A DNA stretch of 64,000 bases from the IMG/VR virus record IMGVR_UViG_3300043567_000723; one strand, written 5' to 3'. Both the position numbers and the translations under genes were made by a program. Shown here piece after piece: positions 25,537-35,677 of this stretch; position 1 is the first letter of the stretch; each line of letters starts with the position of its first letter. The notes beneath the pieces are model-generated. The model was not told the DNA's origin. It searched no databases and worked only from the letters and a program-made list of their open reading frames with translations. The stretch comes from a virus (taxonomy: Duplodnaviria > Caudoviricetes).

Positions 25537-28500
25537 ATGCCGACCCCTGAACTGCCCCCGTTAAAGCAACCCGATTTTGCTTCTGCGCCGCCGTTAGCGC
25601 CCGCAGCGCCAGCGCCTCTTCCGCCGCCAGCCATGCGCACGTTTGGCGATATTGGATCGATGCGGCAGAACATATTTGAGCAGGCACGTACGAGCGCGCA
25701 ATCGTTGCGGCCTCTGCAGAACGATCTTTATACGCTGCAGCTGCAAGACGTAGATTATTCCGGCCCAGAAAGTTTCACACGGGCTGATCAGAAGAAAGCT
25801 GTCCTCTCTAGAGGCACGCTTGCTCGCCGATTGCAGGGTACGTGGACGCTCGTTGATAACAAAACCGGCGAGTCGGTTGGGCAGAAGCGCGCTACGATTG
25901 CACACGTGCCGTATCTCACAGACTCTGGCACATTCGTAAACGGCGGCGTTGAATATACGCTAGCGCATCAGATGCGGTTAAAAGCCGGTGTGTTTACGCG
26001 CGAAAAAGACAACGGCGAGATTGAAGCGCATGTGAACACGCTGCCCGGTAAAGGCCGCTCGCATCGTTACTTCCTCGACCCCAAAACCGGCGTATTCAAA
26101 ATCAGCATCGGGCAGGCGCAGATCCCACTCATGCCGATGCTCAAAAGCATGGGCGTCTCTGAGCAAGATATTCGCAAGGCGTGGGGCAACGAGATTACCG
26201 CCGTCAACATGGAAAAAGGCGACGCGGGCACAATGGATAAATTGTATGCCCGCATCGTAAATAAACAGGTGGCGGGAGCTGACGCGCTGGCCAAAGCAAA
26301 GGCTGTGGCTGAAGAGTTTGCCAAGACAGAGTTAGATCCAGAAGTAACTAGACGAACACTCGGCGGCGAGCACAAGAACCTTACGCCTGACACCATTCTG
26401 GCGATTACAAAAAAACTTATCGCCGTCAATCGTCGCGAAGCCGAATCAGACGACCGCGACAACATGGTGTTTCAGTCAGTGGTCGGTCCAGAAGATTTAA
26501 TATCAGAACGGTTTACAAAAGATCGGTCTGCGTTAAATAAATTACTCTGGCGGGCCACAGCGAAGAAGTCTATCGACCACATACCCAGCGGCGTATTCGA
26601 TAAGGCTATTTCAGCTGCGCTAATCGGCTCTGGTCTCGGCTCTAGTCTTGAAGAAATCAACCCGGCCGAGATTTTCGACCACCAGACGCGCGTAACCCGC
26701 ATGGGCGAGGGCGGCATCTCGTCACTAGACGCTGTTCCGGCCGAATCGCGTAGTGTGCAGCCGTCGCATCTCGGGTTCATCGATTATCTGCGGACGCCTG
26801 AGTCCGGAAAAGTCGGCGTTGATATGCGTTTTGCTCGTGGCGCAATGAAGGGCGCTGACGGCAAGGTGTATACGCCGGTTGTAAACATGCAGACCGGCGA
26901 AACAGAATATAAAACACCGCAAGAGCTGTCAGACACACCGCTAGTGTTCCCCGGCGAAGAGAACAACAAGTTGCCGGTTGTCGCTGCGCTCGTCAACGGA
27001 AAGATGAAGTACGTTGACCGAAAAGAAGCGCAATACAGCTTGCCCAACATGGACTCGACGTTCTCCAGCCTTACAAACATGGTACCGATGAAGGCCATGA
27101 TCAAAGGCCAGCGCGTCATCATGGGTTCGCGCATGTTTACTCAAGCTTTGCCGCTTGTAGGAGCGCAAGCGCCGTTAGTGCAGTCGGCCAAGTTTGATGA
27201 CCCCAACATGTCGCACGAAGACGAAATGGGAGAAAAGCTTGGCGCCACCCGGGCAACCACTCGCGCGCAGGTAGTCGATGTAACGGCTGACGGTATTGTG
27301 CTGCGCGACAAAGACGGGAACAAGAAAACAGTCGAGTTGTATAACGAGATGCCGTACAACCGAAAAACGTTCTTGCATCAAACGCCGATGGTAAAACCCG
27401 GCGATGTTGTGCAACCCGGGCAGCTGCTGGCTAAGTCAAACTTCACAGATGATCAGGGTAGCGCGGCACTCGGGCTTAACATGCGTGTAGCTTATGTGCC
27501 GTTCCGCGGTAAAAACTACGAAGACGCCATAGTGATATCAGAATCGGCGGCAAAACGGTTGACGTCTGAGCACATGTATCAGCACGAAGCAGAGTGGGAT
27601 GAAAATACACACGTCGGGAAAAAGGCATTCACAAGTCTGTTTCCGACAGAGTACGACAAGAAAATGCTGGACAATTTTGACGATCAGGGCGCAATTAAAA
27701 AAGGCGCTGTCGTTAATTTTGGCGACCCCCTTGTTCTCGTCGCTAAGAAAAAAGATACGGTGTACGGCAAGGTGCACCGCGGTCGTGCCGGTAGTTTCAC
27801 CAACGACACTGTTACGTGGGACCATCACGCGCCCGGTATTGTAACCGACGTTATGCACACCAAAAAAGGTGTCAGCGTTGTTGTAAAAAATCAGGCGCAG
27901 ATGGACGTTGGCGATAAGCTCACCGGTCGCTTTGGTGATAAGGGCGTCATTGCCGATATCATTCCAGACGACCAGATGCCGCAAGACAAAGAAGGCAATC
28001 CGTACGAAGTGCTTGTCAGTCCGCTGGGTCTTATCAGCCGCGTGAATCCGGCGCAGGTTATAGAAGCAGCACTCGGTAAAGTTGCAGCAAAAACAGGCAA
28101 ACCATTCAAAATCAAAGACTTCGATGACCAGAATGATTTAATTGAATTTGCGCAGAAAGAACTCGACAAGAACGGGCTTTCAGACACAGAAGATTTAACA
28201 GATCCTGAGACTGGCCGAAAAATTCCGGGTGTTTTAACCGGAACGCGTTTCTTCATGAAACTGCACCATACAAGTGAGTCTAAGGCGCAGGGTCGGGCCA
28301 TGGGGGCTTATACCGCCGAAGGCACGCCAGCAAAAGGTGGCAGTGAGGGCGCGAAGCGTGTTGGCATGCTCGACCTCGGTGCTTTGTTATCGCACGGCGC
28401 TGGTAAAGTTATCCGCGACGCCAAAATGGTACGCGGGCAGGCCAATCCAGAATACTGGTCGCAGTTCATGGCTGGCTATACGCCGCCGCTGCCGAAAGTT

Positions 28501-29973
28501 CCGCATGTCTATGAAAAATTTGTTGGGCAGCTGAAAGCGTCTGGCATTAACGTCGTCCGCAGCGGCACGAAAACAAACGTCATGGCGTTGACTGACAAAG
28601 ACGTGGATCAGCTTGCCGGTCCAAGAGAGATTCAAAACTCTGAGACTGTTGACTGGAAAGGCCGGTTGAAACCAATTGCTGGCGGCCTGTTTGACGAGAG
28701 CTTAACAGGTGGTCACGGCGGCAATCGGTGGGGGAAGATAACCCTTCACGAGCCGATGCCGAATCCAGTCATGGAAGATCCGATCCGGCGTGTTCTCGGG
28801 CTAACAGAAAAGAAATTCCGCGGTATCCTCGCCGGCCAAGACAAGATTAACGATCAAACCGGTCCCAAAGCTATTCAGACGGCGCTGGCCAATATTAATC
28901 TGCCGAAAGCGATTGAGCAGGCGCGTGAAGATATCAAATCCGGCCGTAAGACACTGCGCGACGCCGCTGTTCGTAGGCTTGGGTTTTTGAAAAGCGCGGA
29001 GCAGGCCGGTGTGCATCCGAAGGACTGGATGCTGACAAAAGTTCCGGTCCTGCCGCCGCTATTTCGGCCGGTCAGCACCATGGGGCCGAAGAAGTTGCCG
29101 CTCGTTGCCGACGCGAACTACTTGTACAAAGAATTGCTCGACGCCAATGACTCGTTAAAAGAAGCGTCTGGTGCGCTTGCAGAGTACGGCGACGAGCGCC
29201 TTGGTGTATATGACGCCATGAAAGGCGTGACCGGTCTTGGTGAGCCGCAGCAGCCGAAAAACGCTGAACGCAACGTAAAGGGATTTTTACGGCATATTTT
29301 CGGCAACTCGCCCAAGTACGGTACGGTACAGCGCAAGTTACTCAGCTCGACGGTTGATCTTGTCGGCCGCGCTGTTATTACGCCGAACCCAGACCTAGAC
29401 ATGGACGAGGTTGCCCTGCCAGAAGAGAAGGCGTGGGATATCTATAAGCCTTTTGTGGTGCGCGATTTAGTTCGCCGCGGCCTTCCCAGAATGCAGGCAC
29501 TTGATGCCGTAGAGAAAAAAACGAAAGAAGCGGCAGCCGTGCTTGAGCGGCAAATGAGTTCGCGCCCGATTGTTATTAACCGCGCGCCCGTGCTGCATCG
29601 TTACGGCATGATGGCTTTCTACCCGCGGCTGACCAAGAACAAAGTCATGGAAGTCAACCCGGTTATTACCAAGGGTTTCGGCGCTGACTTTGACGGCGAC
29701 GCGATGCAATACCACGTACCCAGCACAGAAGACGCCGCTAAAGAAGCCGTGGACAAAATGCTACCCAGCAAAAATTTATTTGCGGCATCCACGTTTAAAG
29801 CGCACTACGTACCGAACAAAGATTATCAAACTGGTTTGTACGTCGCGTCCAGTAGAATTAATAACAAAGCAAAACCCCGGGTATTCCGAAACAAGCAGGA
29901 CGCTATGCAGGCGTACAGGCGTGGTGAAATAGAGGTAGACACCCCGGTTCATATTGTGGAAGATACTAAGTAA
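25537..29973 (+). CDS. rpoBC: DNA-directed RNA polymerase, beta subunit fused to N-terminal half of beta' (catalytic)
   Basis: Beta motifs TPESGKVG, NYEDAIVIS, GDKLTGRFGDKG, FMKLHH; beta' motifs VPVLPPLFRP, GRAVI, NRAPVLH, GADFDGD (29680-29700). Confidence 0.95.
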   Translation: MPTPELPPLKQPDFASAPPLAPAAPAPLPPPAMRTFGDIGSMRQNIFEQARTSAQSLRPLQNDLYTLQLQDVDYSGPESFTRADQKKAVLSRGTLARRLQGTWTLVDNKTGESVGQKRATIAHVPYLTDSGTFVNGGVEYTLAHQMRLKAGVFTREKDNGEIEAHVNTLPGKGRSHRYFLDPKTGVFKISIGQAQIPLMPMLKSMGVSEQDIRKAWGNEITAVNMEKGDAGTMDKLYARIVNKQVAGADALAKAKAVAEEFAKTELDPEVTRRTLGGEHKNLTPDTILAITKKLIAVNRREAESDDRDNMVFQSVVGPEDLISERFTKDRSALNKLLWRATAKKSIDHIPSGVFDKAISAALIGSGLGSSLEEINPAEIFDHQTRVTRMGEGGISSLDAVPAESRSVQPSHLGFIDYLRTPESGKVGVDMRFARGAMKGADGKVYTPVVNMQTGETEYKTPQELSDTPLVFPGEENNKLPVVAALVNGKMKYVDRKEAQYSLPNMDSTFSSLTNMVPMKAMIKGQRVIMGSRMFTQALPLVGAQAPLVQSAKFDDPNMSHEDEMGEKLGATRATTRAQVVDVTADGIVLRDKDGNKKTVELYNEMPYNRKTFLHQTPMVKPGDVVQPGQLLAKSNFTDDQGSAALGLNMRVAYVPFRGKNYEDAIVISESAAKRLTSEHMYQHEAEWDENTHVGKKAFTSLFPTEYDKKMLDNFDDQGAIKKGAVVNFGDPLVLVAKKKDTVYGKVHRGRAGSFTNDTVTWDHHAPGIVTDVMHTKKGVSVVVKNQAQMDVGDKLTGRFGDKGVIADIIPDDQMPQDKEGNPYEVLVSPLGLISRVNPAQVIEAALGKVAAKTGKPFKIKDFDDQNDLIEFAQKELDKNGLSDTEDLTDPETGRKIPGVLTGTRFFMKLHHTSESKAQGRAMGAYTAEGTPAKGGSEGAKRVGMLDLGALLSHGAGKVIRDAKMVRGQANPEYWSQFMAGYTPPLPKVPHVYEKFVGQLKASGINVVRSGTKTNVMALTDKDVDQLAGPREIQNSETVDWKGRLKPIAGGLFDESLTGGHGGNRWGKITLHEPMPNPVMEDPIRRVLGLTEKKFRGILAGQDKINDQTGPKAIQTALANINLPKAIEQAREDIKSGRKTLRDAAVRRLGFLKSAEQAGVHPKDWMLTKVPVLPPLFRPVSTMGPKKLPLVADANYLYKELLDANDSLKEASGALAEYGDERLGVYDAMKGVTGLGEPQQPKNAERNVKGFLRHIFGNSPKYGTVQRKLLSSTVDLVGRAVITPNPDLDMDEVALPEEKAWDIYKPFVVRDLVRRGLPRMQALDAVEKKTKEAAAVLERQMSSRPIVINRAPVLHRYGMMAFYPRLTKNKVMEVNPVITKGFGADFDGDAMQYHVPSTEDAAKEAVDKMLPSKNLFAASTFKAHYVPNKDYQTGLYVASSRINNKAKPRVFRNKQDAMQAYRRGEIEVDTPVHIVEDTK

Positions 29974-29996
29974 CTTTAGCTCGACACGGAGGTCGT

Positions 29997-30707
29997 ATGT
30001 TCACTGTTAACCCCGAACTAATCGCGCTGGCAAAGGCGCGATTTGAGAAGTCTGCGCTCGTGCCCGGTGCCGCCGTTGATCCGGCTGCGGCTGGGGCTGC
30101 ACCGCCAGTAGACCCTGCGACCATGGGAGCAGTGCCGCCGGTTGACCCCGCGATGGCCGGCGCCGCGCCCCCGATGGATCCCGCGGCAATGGGTATGCCT
30201 GCTGCGCCTGCGCCCATGCCTGCTGCTCCGGCGGCGCCGGGTGCGGCCCCCGCATCTGGAATGCAGCAAAAGTTAAAACCAGAACAAATGATGCAGATGC
30301 TCGATTACCGGCTTTACAACATGCAGCAGCAGCTTACCGCGATTATGAACGCGATGGGCGTGCAAGTTCCGCCGGAATCGCTCGTCCTGCCGCCGGGTAC
30401 TACTGGCGCCCCGCCCGCTGAAACAGCGCTGCCGGGTGGATCGATGGCTCCTCCGCCGCCGGATCAAAGCGCGCAGGGTGGCATGCAGCCGCCCGGTGGC
30501 CCGCTTCCGCCGGGTGGTCCGCTCCCGCCGAACGCCGCACCGCAAGATCCGACAGCGAAGGTTGCTTGGTGGAACGTAGAAGCGGAAAAGCCGGCGTCGT
30601 ACATCGGCTATCCTGTGCCGCAAAACCCGAATCAACCAACTGACGTGCAGATTAAAGCAAATGCCATATCCGCCATGATTCGGAGTCTTGCGGGCAATGC
30701 TGGTTAA
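29997..30707 (+). CDS. Pro/Ala-rich KxA-motif protein between the RNAP genes
   Basis: FEKSA after a 19-aa leader; MDPAMAG-type repeats; CACGGAGG RBS. Confidence 0.75.
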   Translation: MFTVNPELIALAKARFEKSALVPGAAVDPAAAGAAPPVDPATMGAVPPVDPAMAGAAPPMDPAAMGMPAAPAPMPAAPAAPGAAPASGMQQKLKPEQMMQMLDYRLYNMQQQLTAIMNAMGVQVPPESLVLPPGTTGAPPAETALPGGSMAPPPPDQSAQGGMQPPGGPLPPGGPLPPNAAPQDPTAKVAWWNVEAEKPASYIGYPVPQNPNQPTDVQIKANAISAMIRSLAGNAG

Positions 30708-30936
30708 AACGCAGCACCACTTACAGCCAACCGAGCAAAAGGCGCACAGCATCGTCGTGGAAGACGACGTTGGTAATCCGATCTTCGTCGCCATTCAAGT
30801 CGACGAAGCCATCATTTACTCAACGCCCGGCGAAAAAGACTTCCACTCAATGCTGCGCGCTCTGGGTATTGAAAAAACGGTGGTTGTAGCCGACTTTAAA
30901 CCTAAGCCGCTGCAGAATATTGTGCGGCCGATGTAA
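30697..30936 (+). CDS. Small hypothetical protein, 79 aa
   Basis: ATG 30697 with GGAG upstream; fills the gap before the beta'-C gene. Confidence 0.6.
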   Translation: MLVKTQHHLQPTEQKAHSIVVEDDVGNPIFVAIQVDEAIIYSTPGEKDFHSMLRALGIEKTVVVADFKPKPLQNIVRPM

Positions 30937-30937
30937 C

Positions 30938-32818
30938 ATGCTTAAAACCACGCTCGGACAAGTCCTGATTAACGAAGCGCTCCCGCCGGAGATGCGCGAC
31001 TATGACCGCGTGCTCACTAAAAAAAGCATGGGCGCGCTGGCGACTGAGCTAGCCAAGTCGCATCCCGAAAAATATCGGGAGGCAATGAAAAAACTGCACG
31101 ACGTCGGCAAAGACGCTGGTTACAGCAGCGGCGGGCTTTCTTTCAGTTTGAAGCACATTCGCCCGACGCTGGCCGTGAAAGCCGCGCAGATTCGCACGCA
31201 AAATGCCATGCGCGAGATTCTGTCCGACAAGCGTTTAGACAGCAAAACGCGGCAAATTAAACTGCTAGAGTTAGCTGCAAACACGCAAAAAGAGTTGCTA
31301 GACAAGGTCTACAAAGAAGCCGAGAGCCAAGACAATCCGCTGGTGCATCAGATTGCTGGCGCTGGTGTCGGCAATAAATATCAATTGAATTCTTTGATCG
31401 GGGCTGACATGCAGTACCTCGATCACCGCGGCGAGCCGATTCCAATTCCAGTGCTACGCGGCTACGGGCAAGGGTTACGCCCCGTTGAATATTTTGCCGG
31501 CGCTTTCGGTACCCGCAAAGGTGTTATCGACCTTAAGACGGCCACCGCCGACGCTGGGTTTTACGGTAAACAGCTGGCGCAGATGACGCACAGACTTTTA
31601 GTCACCGCGGACGACGATGACGATACAGACGAAGAGCGCGCGGCATCTGCGTTAGAACGTGGCTACCCCACAGACGTCGATGACCCAGATAACGAGGGCT
31701 CACTGCTCTCTCGCCCAATCGGACCGTATAAACGCAACACGGTATTAACGCCGAAGATCCTGCGTGACATTAAGGACATGGGCGTTAAAGATATTTTAGT
31801 CCGTAGCCCGATTGTAGGGGGTCCAGCAGATGGCGGCGTATACGCGAAGGACGTTGGTTATCGCGAAAAAGGCCGTTTACCGCCGGCTGGAGATTATGTG
31901 GGCATCGCCGCGGCCCAAGCGTTGTCTGAACCTGTCACACAAAGCCAGATCAGCTCGAAACACTCTGGCGGTGTCGGCGGCGCAGGCGCAATCTCTGGTT
32001 TTAAAGCGCTCAATGCCCTTGTGCAGGTGCCGAAAAAATATCCCGACGGCGCCGCGCATGCGCAAGCCGACGGCCGGGTGCAAGAAATCCGTCCGGCTCC
32101 GCAGGGCGGCCACTATGTGCAGATTAATGGGCAAGATCACTATGTTCCGACCGAGAGAGCATTATCAGTTAAAAAAGGCGATGATCTTGAAGCTGGCGAC
32201 GTACTATCTGACGGTATGCCCAACCCGTCAGAGATCGTAAAGCACAAAGGCATCGGCGAGGGTCGGCGTTATTTTGTGCAAGCCATGCGGCAGGTAATGG
32301 GCAATAGCGGGATTACAGCTCACCGCCGAAACATTGAATTATTGTCGCGCGGCCTTGTAAACCATGTCCGGCTGACCGACGAATATGGCGATTACTCGCC
32401 GGACGACATTGTGCCGTACTCTTCGTTAGAGCGAAATTGGACGCCGCGCGACGGAAGCGTGTCAGCGGCGCCGCAGACATTAACCGGGCACTATCTCGAA
32501 AAACCGGTTTTACACTATTCAATCGGCACGAAGATCGGTAAAAACGTGCTAACGAACTTGAACAAATACGGCATTAAAAATATTCAAGCCCACAAAGAAC
32601 CGCCGCCGTTTCAGCCGGAAATGGTGCGGGGTATGGCCAATATTTCAAATGACCCGGATTGGATGACGCGCATGCTTGGGTCGTACCAAGAAAAAGGTTT
32701 AATGAATAGCGTTCACCGCAACTTATCCAGCGACGCCGCCGGCAGCAGTTATGTGCCTGCTTTAGCGCAAGGTGAGCAGTTTGGCGTAACCGGCACGACA
32801 AGCGGGTGGAAGCCTTGA
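30938..32818 (+). CDS. rpoC: RNA polymerase beta' C-terminal subunit (bridge helix, trigger loop)
   Basis: TTLGQVLIN; EYFAGAFGTRKGVIDLKTATADAGFYGKQL (bridge helix); GIAAAQALSEPVTQSQISSKHSGG (trigger loop). Confidence 0.92.
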   Translation: MLKTTLGQVLINEALPPEMRDYDRVLTKKSMGALATELAKSHPEKYREAMKKLHDVGKDAGYSSGGLSFSLKHIRPTLAVKAAQIRTQNAMREILSDKRLDSKTRQIKLLELAANTQKELLDKVYKEAESQDNPLVHQIAGAGVGNKYQLNSLIGADMQYLDHRGEPIPIPVLRGYGQGLRPVEYFAGAFGTRKGVIDLKTATADAGFYGKQLAQMTHRLLVTADDDDDTDEERAASALERGYPTDVDDPDNEGSLLSRPIGPYKRNTVLTPKILRDIKDMGVKDILVRSPIVGGPADGGVYAKDVGYREKGRLPPAGDYVGIAAAQALSEPVTQSQISSKHSGGVGGAGAISGFKALNALVQVPKKYPDGAAHAQADGRVQEIRPAPQGGHYVQINGQDHYVPTERALSVKKGDDLEAGDVLSDGMPNPSEIVKHKGIGEGRRYFVQAMRQVMGNSGITAHRRNIELLSRGLVNHVRLTDEYGDYSPDDIVPYSSLERNWTPRDGSVSAAPQTLTGHYLEKPVLHYSIGTKIGKNVLTNLNKYGIKNIQAHKEPPPFQPEMVRGMANISNDPDWMTRMLGSYQEKGLMNSVHRNLSSDAAGSSYVPALAQGEQFGVTGTTSGWKP

Positions 32819-32828
32819 GCCGCTTTTT
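32800..32828 (+). terminator. Possible intrinsic terminator after beta'-C
   Basis: AAGCGG/CCGCTT stem followed by a T run. Confidence 0.35.
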
Positions 32829-32899
32829 GTAGGATATAAGGACTTCGGCGCGGTAAATTATTGCCGTGTCATTATTTGTGCGCAGCATGGAGGCTGGCC

Positions 32900-35284
32900 G
32901 TGTATAACAAAAAAGCTAAAGAGTCGTCCGTTAAGCATCTGCTCAACGTCATGCGGTCCTATGACCGGACCCAGACTAAGTACGCTGATTTAGGCGGAAA
33001 AGGTGATGACACTTCTTTCGAGCAGTCGTTTAGCAATCTTGCGCACGCCTATCTCCGCGACTCAGCACCCAAGCTCCTTGACCACGAGATCGGTTTCCAG
33101 CTTCTCGACCGTAATCGCGAGAACACCAAGGCTGTCGGTGTATTTGCGTTTAAAGTTGGTTCGATGTGGCTGTACGCGCCCGTGTTCTTTTTAAACGGCG
33201 ACCTCAAGGGCCACGAACTGCTGTATATCAAGAATCAGGACATGTTCGTGCCGCTCAAGGAAAACTGGATTAACTATCTGATCAACCGCAAGCCCAACAT
33301 TCTTGGTAGCGGCGTCGAGCGCAATCTGTCTAATCTCGGCCAGCGCCAGCCTGACTTTACGCAACTCTCTCGTAGCCCGTCGAAGTTTGGTTCGGCGAAA
33401 CCCACGCTTAAAGAGATGATGACGGCCGCTATGCCGGCGTTCGCCAAGAGCGCCACATTAAATACACAACAAACCTTCGCTGAACTCGGTGAAGCGTTAA
33501 ACCTGAAAACGTTCTTAAAGCAGGCTGGTTTAGACGTAATCGGCTCGTTAATTAAAATGTGCCAGTACGCGCCGCAGGTAGCCAACGCAATCGACGAGTT
33601 TCACGGTTTAGATATCATCAAAGAAGCAATGGCTGCTGCCAAGCTTCGCGAAGCCGCCTCGACTACCAAAGTTGCCAGCGTACTGTCGGAAGCACCTAAG
33701 ACGCCCGAAGCGGCCAAGGGTCTCAAGGTCATCGCGTATGACGCTACAGTTCAGACCAAACTGCCGGCTGGTCATACAGAAGAAGATCAAGAGAAGTTAC
33801 TGCGCGACGGTGTGCTGATCCAAGACCAACGCGACCGCGACAATGTCTCGATCCCTTACAACATTCAGGTCGAGAAAAAGCTGTTCAATCCGACCGAAAG
33901 CGGCCTGTACGAGATCCTCGTCAAGCCCGGCGATATTGAGCGCTGCTACGTGGCTGTGCACCCGCAAGGCGCTGCCAAGCGCGAGAACTTCATTACTGTT
34001 GTGCGCACAGACGGCAAGCCTGACTGGCTTAATACCCGCGCTGACCAAGTGTTTGCGCTGTCGCGCGTTGAGGGCGAAGAGTTTGACAAGTGGTTCGACG
34101 CCCTGCCCGAAGCCAACAGCGTGCCCAGCAAAGACGCGCGGTATATCGCACTTAGCAAGCGCGGTGACTGTACGGCTCCGTTCCGCGTTATTCGCGAGTA
34201 CGGCAAGTCGGAGCACGACATGCAGTGCTACGAAGTGCATCTTGAAGATCACTCGAAGTATCCGCCCAAGGGCAGCATTTGCGGTAGCTGCTATACAGAC
34301 CCTCTGAACTATGACAAGTGGCGTGACGGTGTTCGCATTCACCTGAACGGTAAGAAGGGTTCCAGCCTGCGCGCGAGCATGGGCGACATCTTCGTGCCGG
34401 AAGGTTTCAAGCTCCTCAAGGTGAGCAAGGGCGCAGACGATGAGGACACGGTTAAAGATCAGGACGCATGTGGTTGCGGCGAGAGTGATCCGCCGGCCCT
34501 GCAGCCCGGCAACCTCGTTGACGCGCAACTGGCGCTGATGGGCAAGACTGCCGCCTTAACTGTGTACCACAACGGCACAGAGGTCAGCATTAACAAAGAA
34601 GCCAGCCTAAGCCCCATCAAGGCGCTGGTCACACTTGTTGAGCACCACGGCCTGCGTGAAGAAGCTGCCCGCGAGATCTTAAAGCAAGCGTCTGCCAAGA
34701 AGAAGTTTGAGTGCCGCGTGAAGTACGCCGATCCGTACGGCGGCGCAATGCTCGTCAACAGCGCCCCGAACGCCCCGACAGATCCGGGCCCGGTTATGGG
34801 CGGCGAAAGCATCATGGGCACCAGCGTTCCGACCCAGCTCGGTATTGACGTTGGTCTGCCTGTGTCTGGCATGAGCGCGAGCAACACAGACCGCAGTGTT
34901 TACAACCCCAACACGCAGTTTGATAAGCGAGACGTGCGGTCTATCGTTGACGCCGCGCAGAGCGGCCAGCGCGAAGTATTTGACACGGCCATGGTGGGCA
35001 CAATGTTGCGCGCTGTACGTGACGACTCGCTGGTTGACCGGTATATGGGCGAGCTGACCAAGGGGTTAGACAAACTTGGCCGCATTTTATTTATGTTTTA
35101 CTGGCACGGCGATCGGTTTGCTGAGCGTTATGGCAAGTCCGACATGCCGGAACTAGAAGATTCGCTGCGCAACGCGTTTGAAATGCTCGGCGACGTTATT
35201 CTGTTCCTCAAGCAGAAAACAATTGAACCGTATCCCGAAGAGGCCGCGTCGGATATCGATCTTGGCGCTACCGCTAACGTTTAA
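32900..35284 (+). CDS. Large KxA-rich virion (head) protein, 794 aa
   Basis: GTG 32900 with CATGGAGG RBS; many KxA motifs (TKYAD, AKSAT, LKQAG, TKVAS, GKTAA, VKYAD). Confidence 0.7.
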   Translation: MYNKKAKESSVKHLLNVMRSYDRTQTKYADLGGKGDDTSFEQSFSNLAHAYLRDSAPKLLDHEIGFQLLDRNRENTKAVGVFAFKVGSMWLYAPVFFLNGDLKGHELLYIKNQDMFVPLKENWINYLINRKPNILGSGVERNLSNLGQRQPDFTQLSRSPSKFGSAKPTLKEMMTAAMPAFAKSATLNTQQTFAELGEALNLKTFLKQAGLDVIGSLIKMCQYAPQVANAIDEFHGLDIIKEAMAAAKLREAASTTKVASVLSEAPKTPEAAKGLKVIAYDATVQTKLPAGHTEEDQEKLLRDGVLIQDQRDRDNVSIPYNIQVEKKLFNPTESGLYEILVKPGDIERCYVAVHPQGAAKRENFITVVRTDGKPDWLNTRADQVFALSRVEGEEFDKWFDALPEANSVPSKDARYIALSKRGDCTAPFRVIREYGKSEHDMQCYEVHLEDHSKYPPKGSICGSCYTDPLNYDKWRDGVRIHLNGKKGSSLRASMGDIFVPEGFKLLKVSKGADDEDTVKDQDACGCGESDPPALQPGNLVDAQLALMGKTAALTVYHNGTEVSINKEASLSPIKALVTLVEHHGLREEAAREILKQASAKKKFECRVKYADPYGGAMLVNSAPNAPTDPGPVMGGESIMGTSVPTQLGIDVGLPVSGMSASNTDRSVYNPNTQFDKRDVRSIVDAAQSGQREVFDTAMVGTMLRAVRDDSLVDRYMGELTKGLDKLGRILFMFYWHGDRFAERYGKSDMPELEDSLRNAFEMLGDVILFLKQKTIEPYPEEAASDIDLGATANV

Positions 35285-35293
35285 AGGTGAATT

Positions 35294-35677
35294 ATGCCTA
35301 GTACAGTTTGGTCCGGTAGTGTTTCGTTTACAGCCACCGGCAGCCAGTCGAACACAATCGCTGTACCGATGCCGCACCGCGCGACATTGCGCGGCTACAG
35401 CCTCGTCGAGTCGGCGGGTGGCGCAACTGGCAATTTTACGGCTGCGCTGTACACCAGCAAACAAGACACGGCACCGAACAACACGCTTCCGGCCGACTCT
35501 TTTAAATTAATGTCGTTTGACCAGACCGCAGCGTCTAATAACAATCTGAACTTGTCGTACGTTAATCGCGACGGAACGCCAACAAATCCGCAGCGTTATC
35601 TCTACCTCAAAATCACACCGGCTGCGACAAAAACGCTGGTGTTTTCTGTAACCGTCGATACCCCGACGCTTCGATAA
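35294..35677 (+). CDS. Small beta-rich putative structural protein
   Basis: Thr/Ser-rich, alternating hydrophobic pattern; SD AAGGTGA. Confidence 0.6.
   Translation: MPSTVWSGSVSFTATGSQSNTIAVPMPHRATLRGYSLVESAGGATGNFTAALYTSKQDTAPNNTLPADSFKLMSFDQTAASNNNLNLSYVNRDGTPTNPQRYLYLKITPAATKTLVFSVTVDTPTLR

Noticed and set aside
25537-32818. Inteins or introns in the RNAP genes; cellular rpoB-rpoC operon
   Set aside because: No intein C/S...HN boundaries or unexplained large inserts; no ribosomal-protein context, and the genes are embedded among virion genes.
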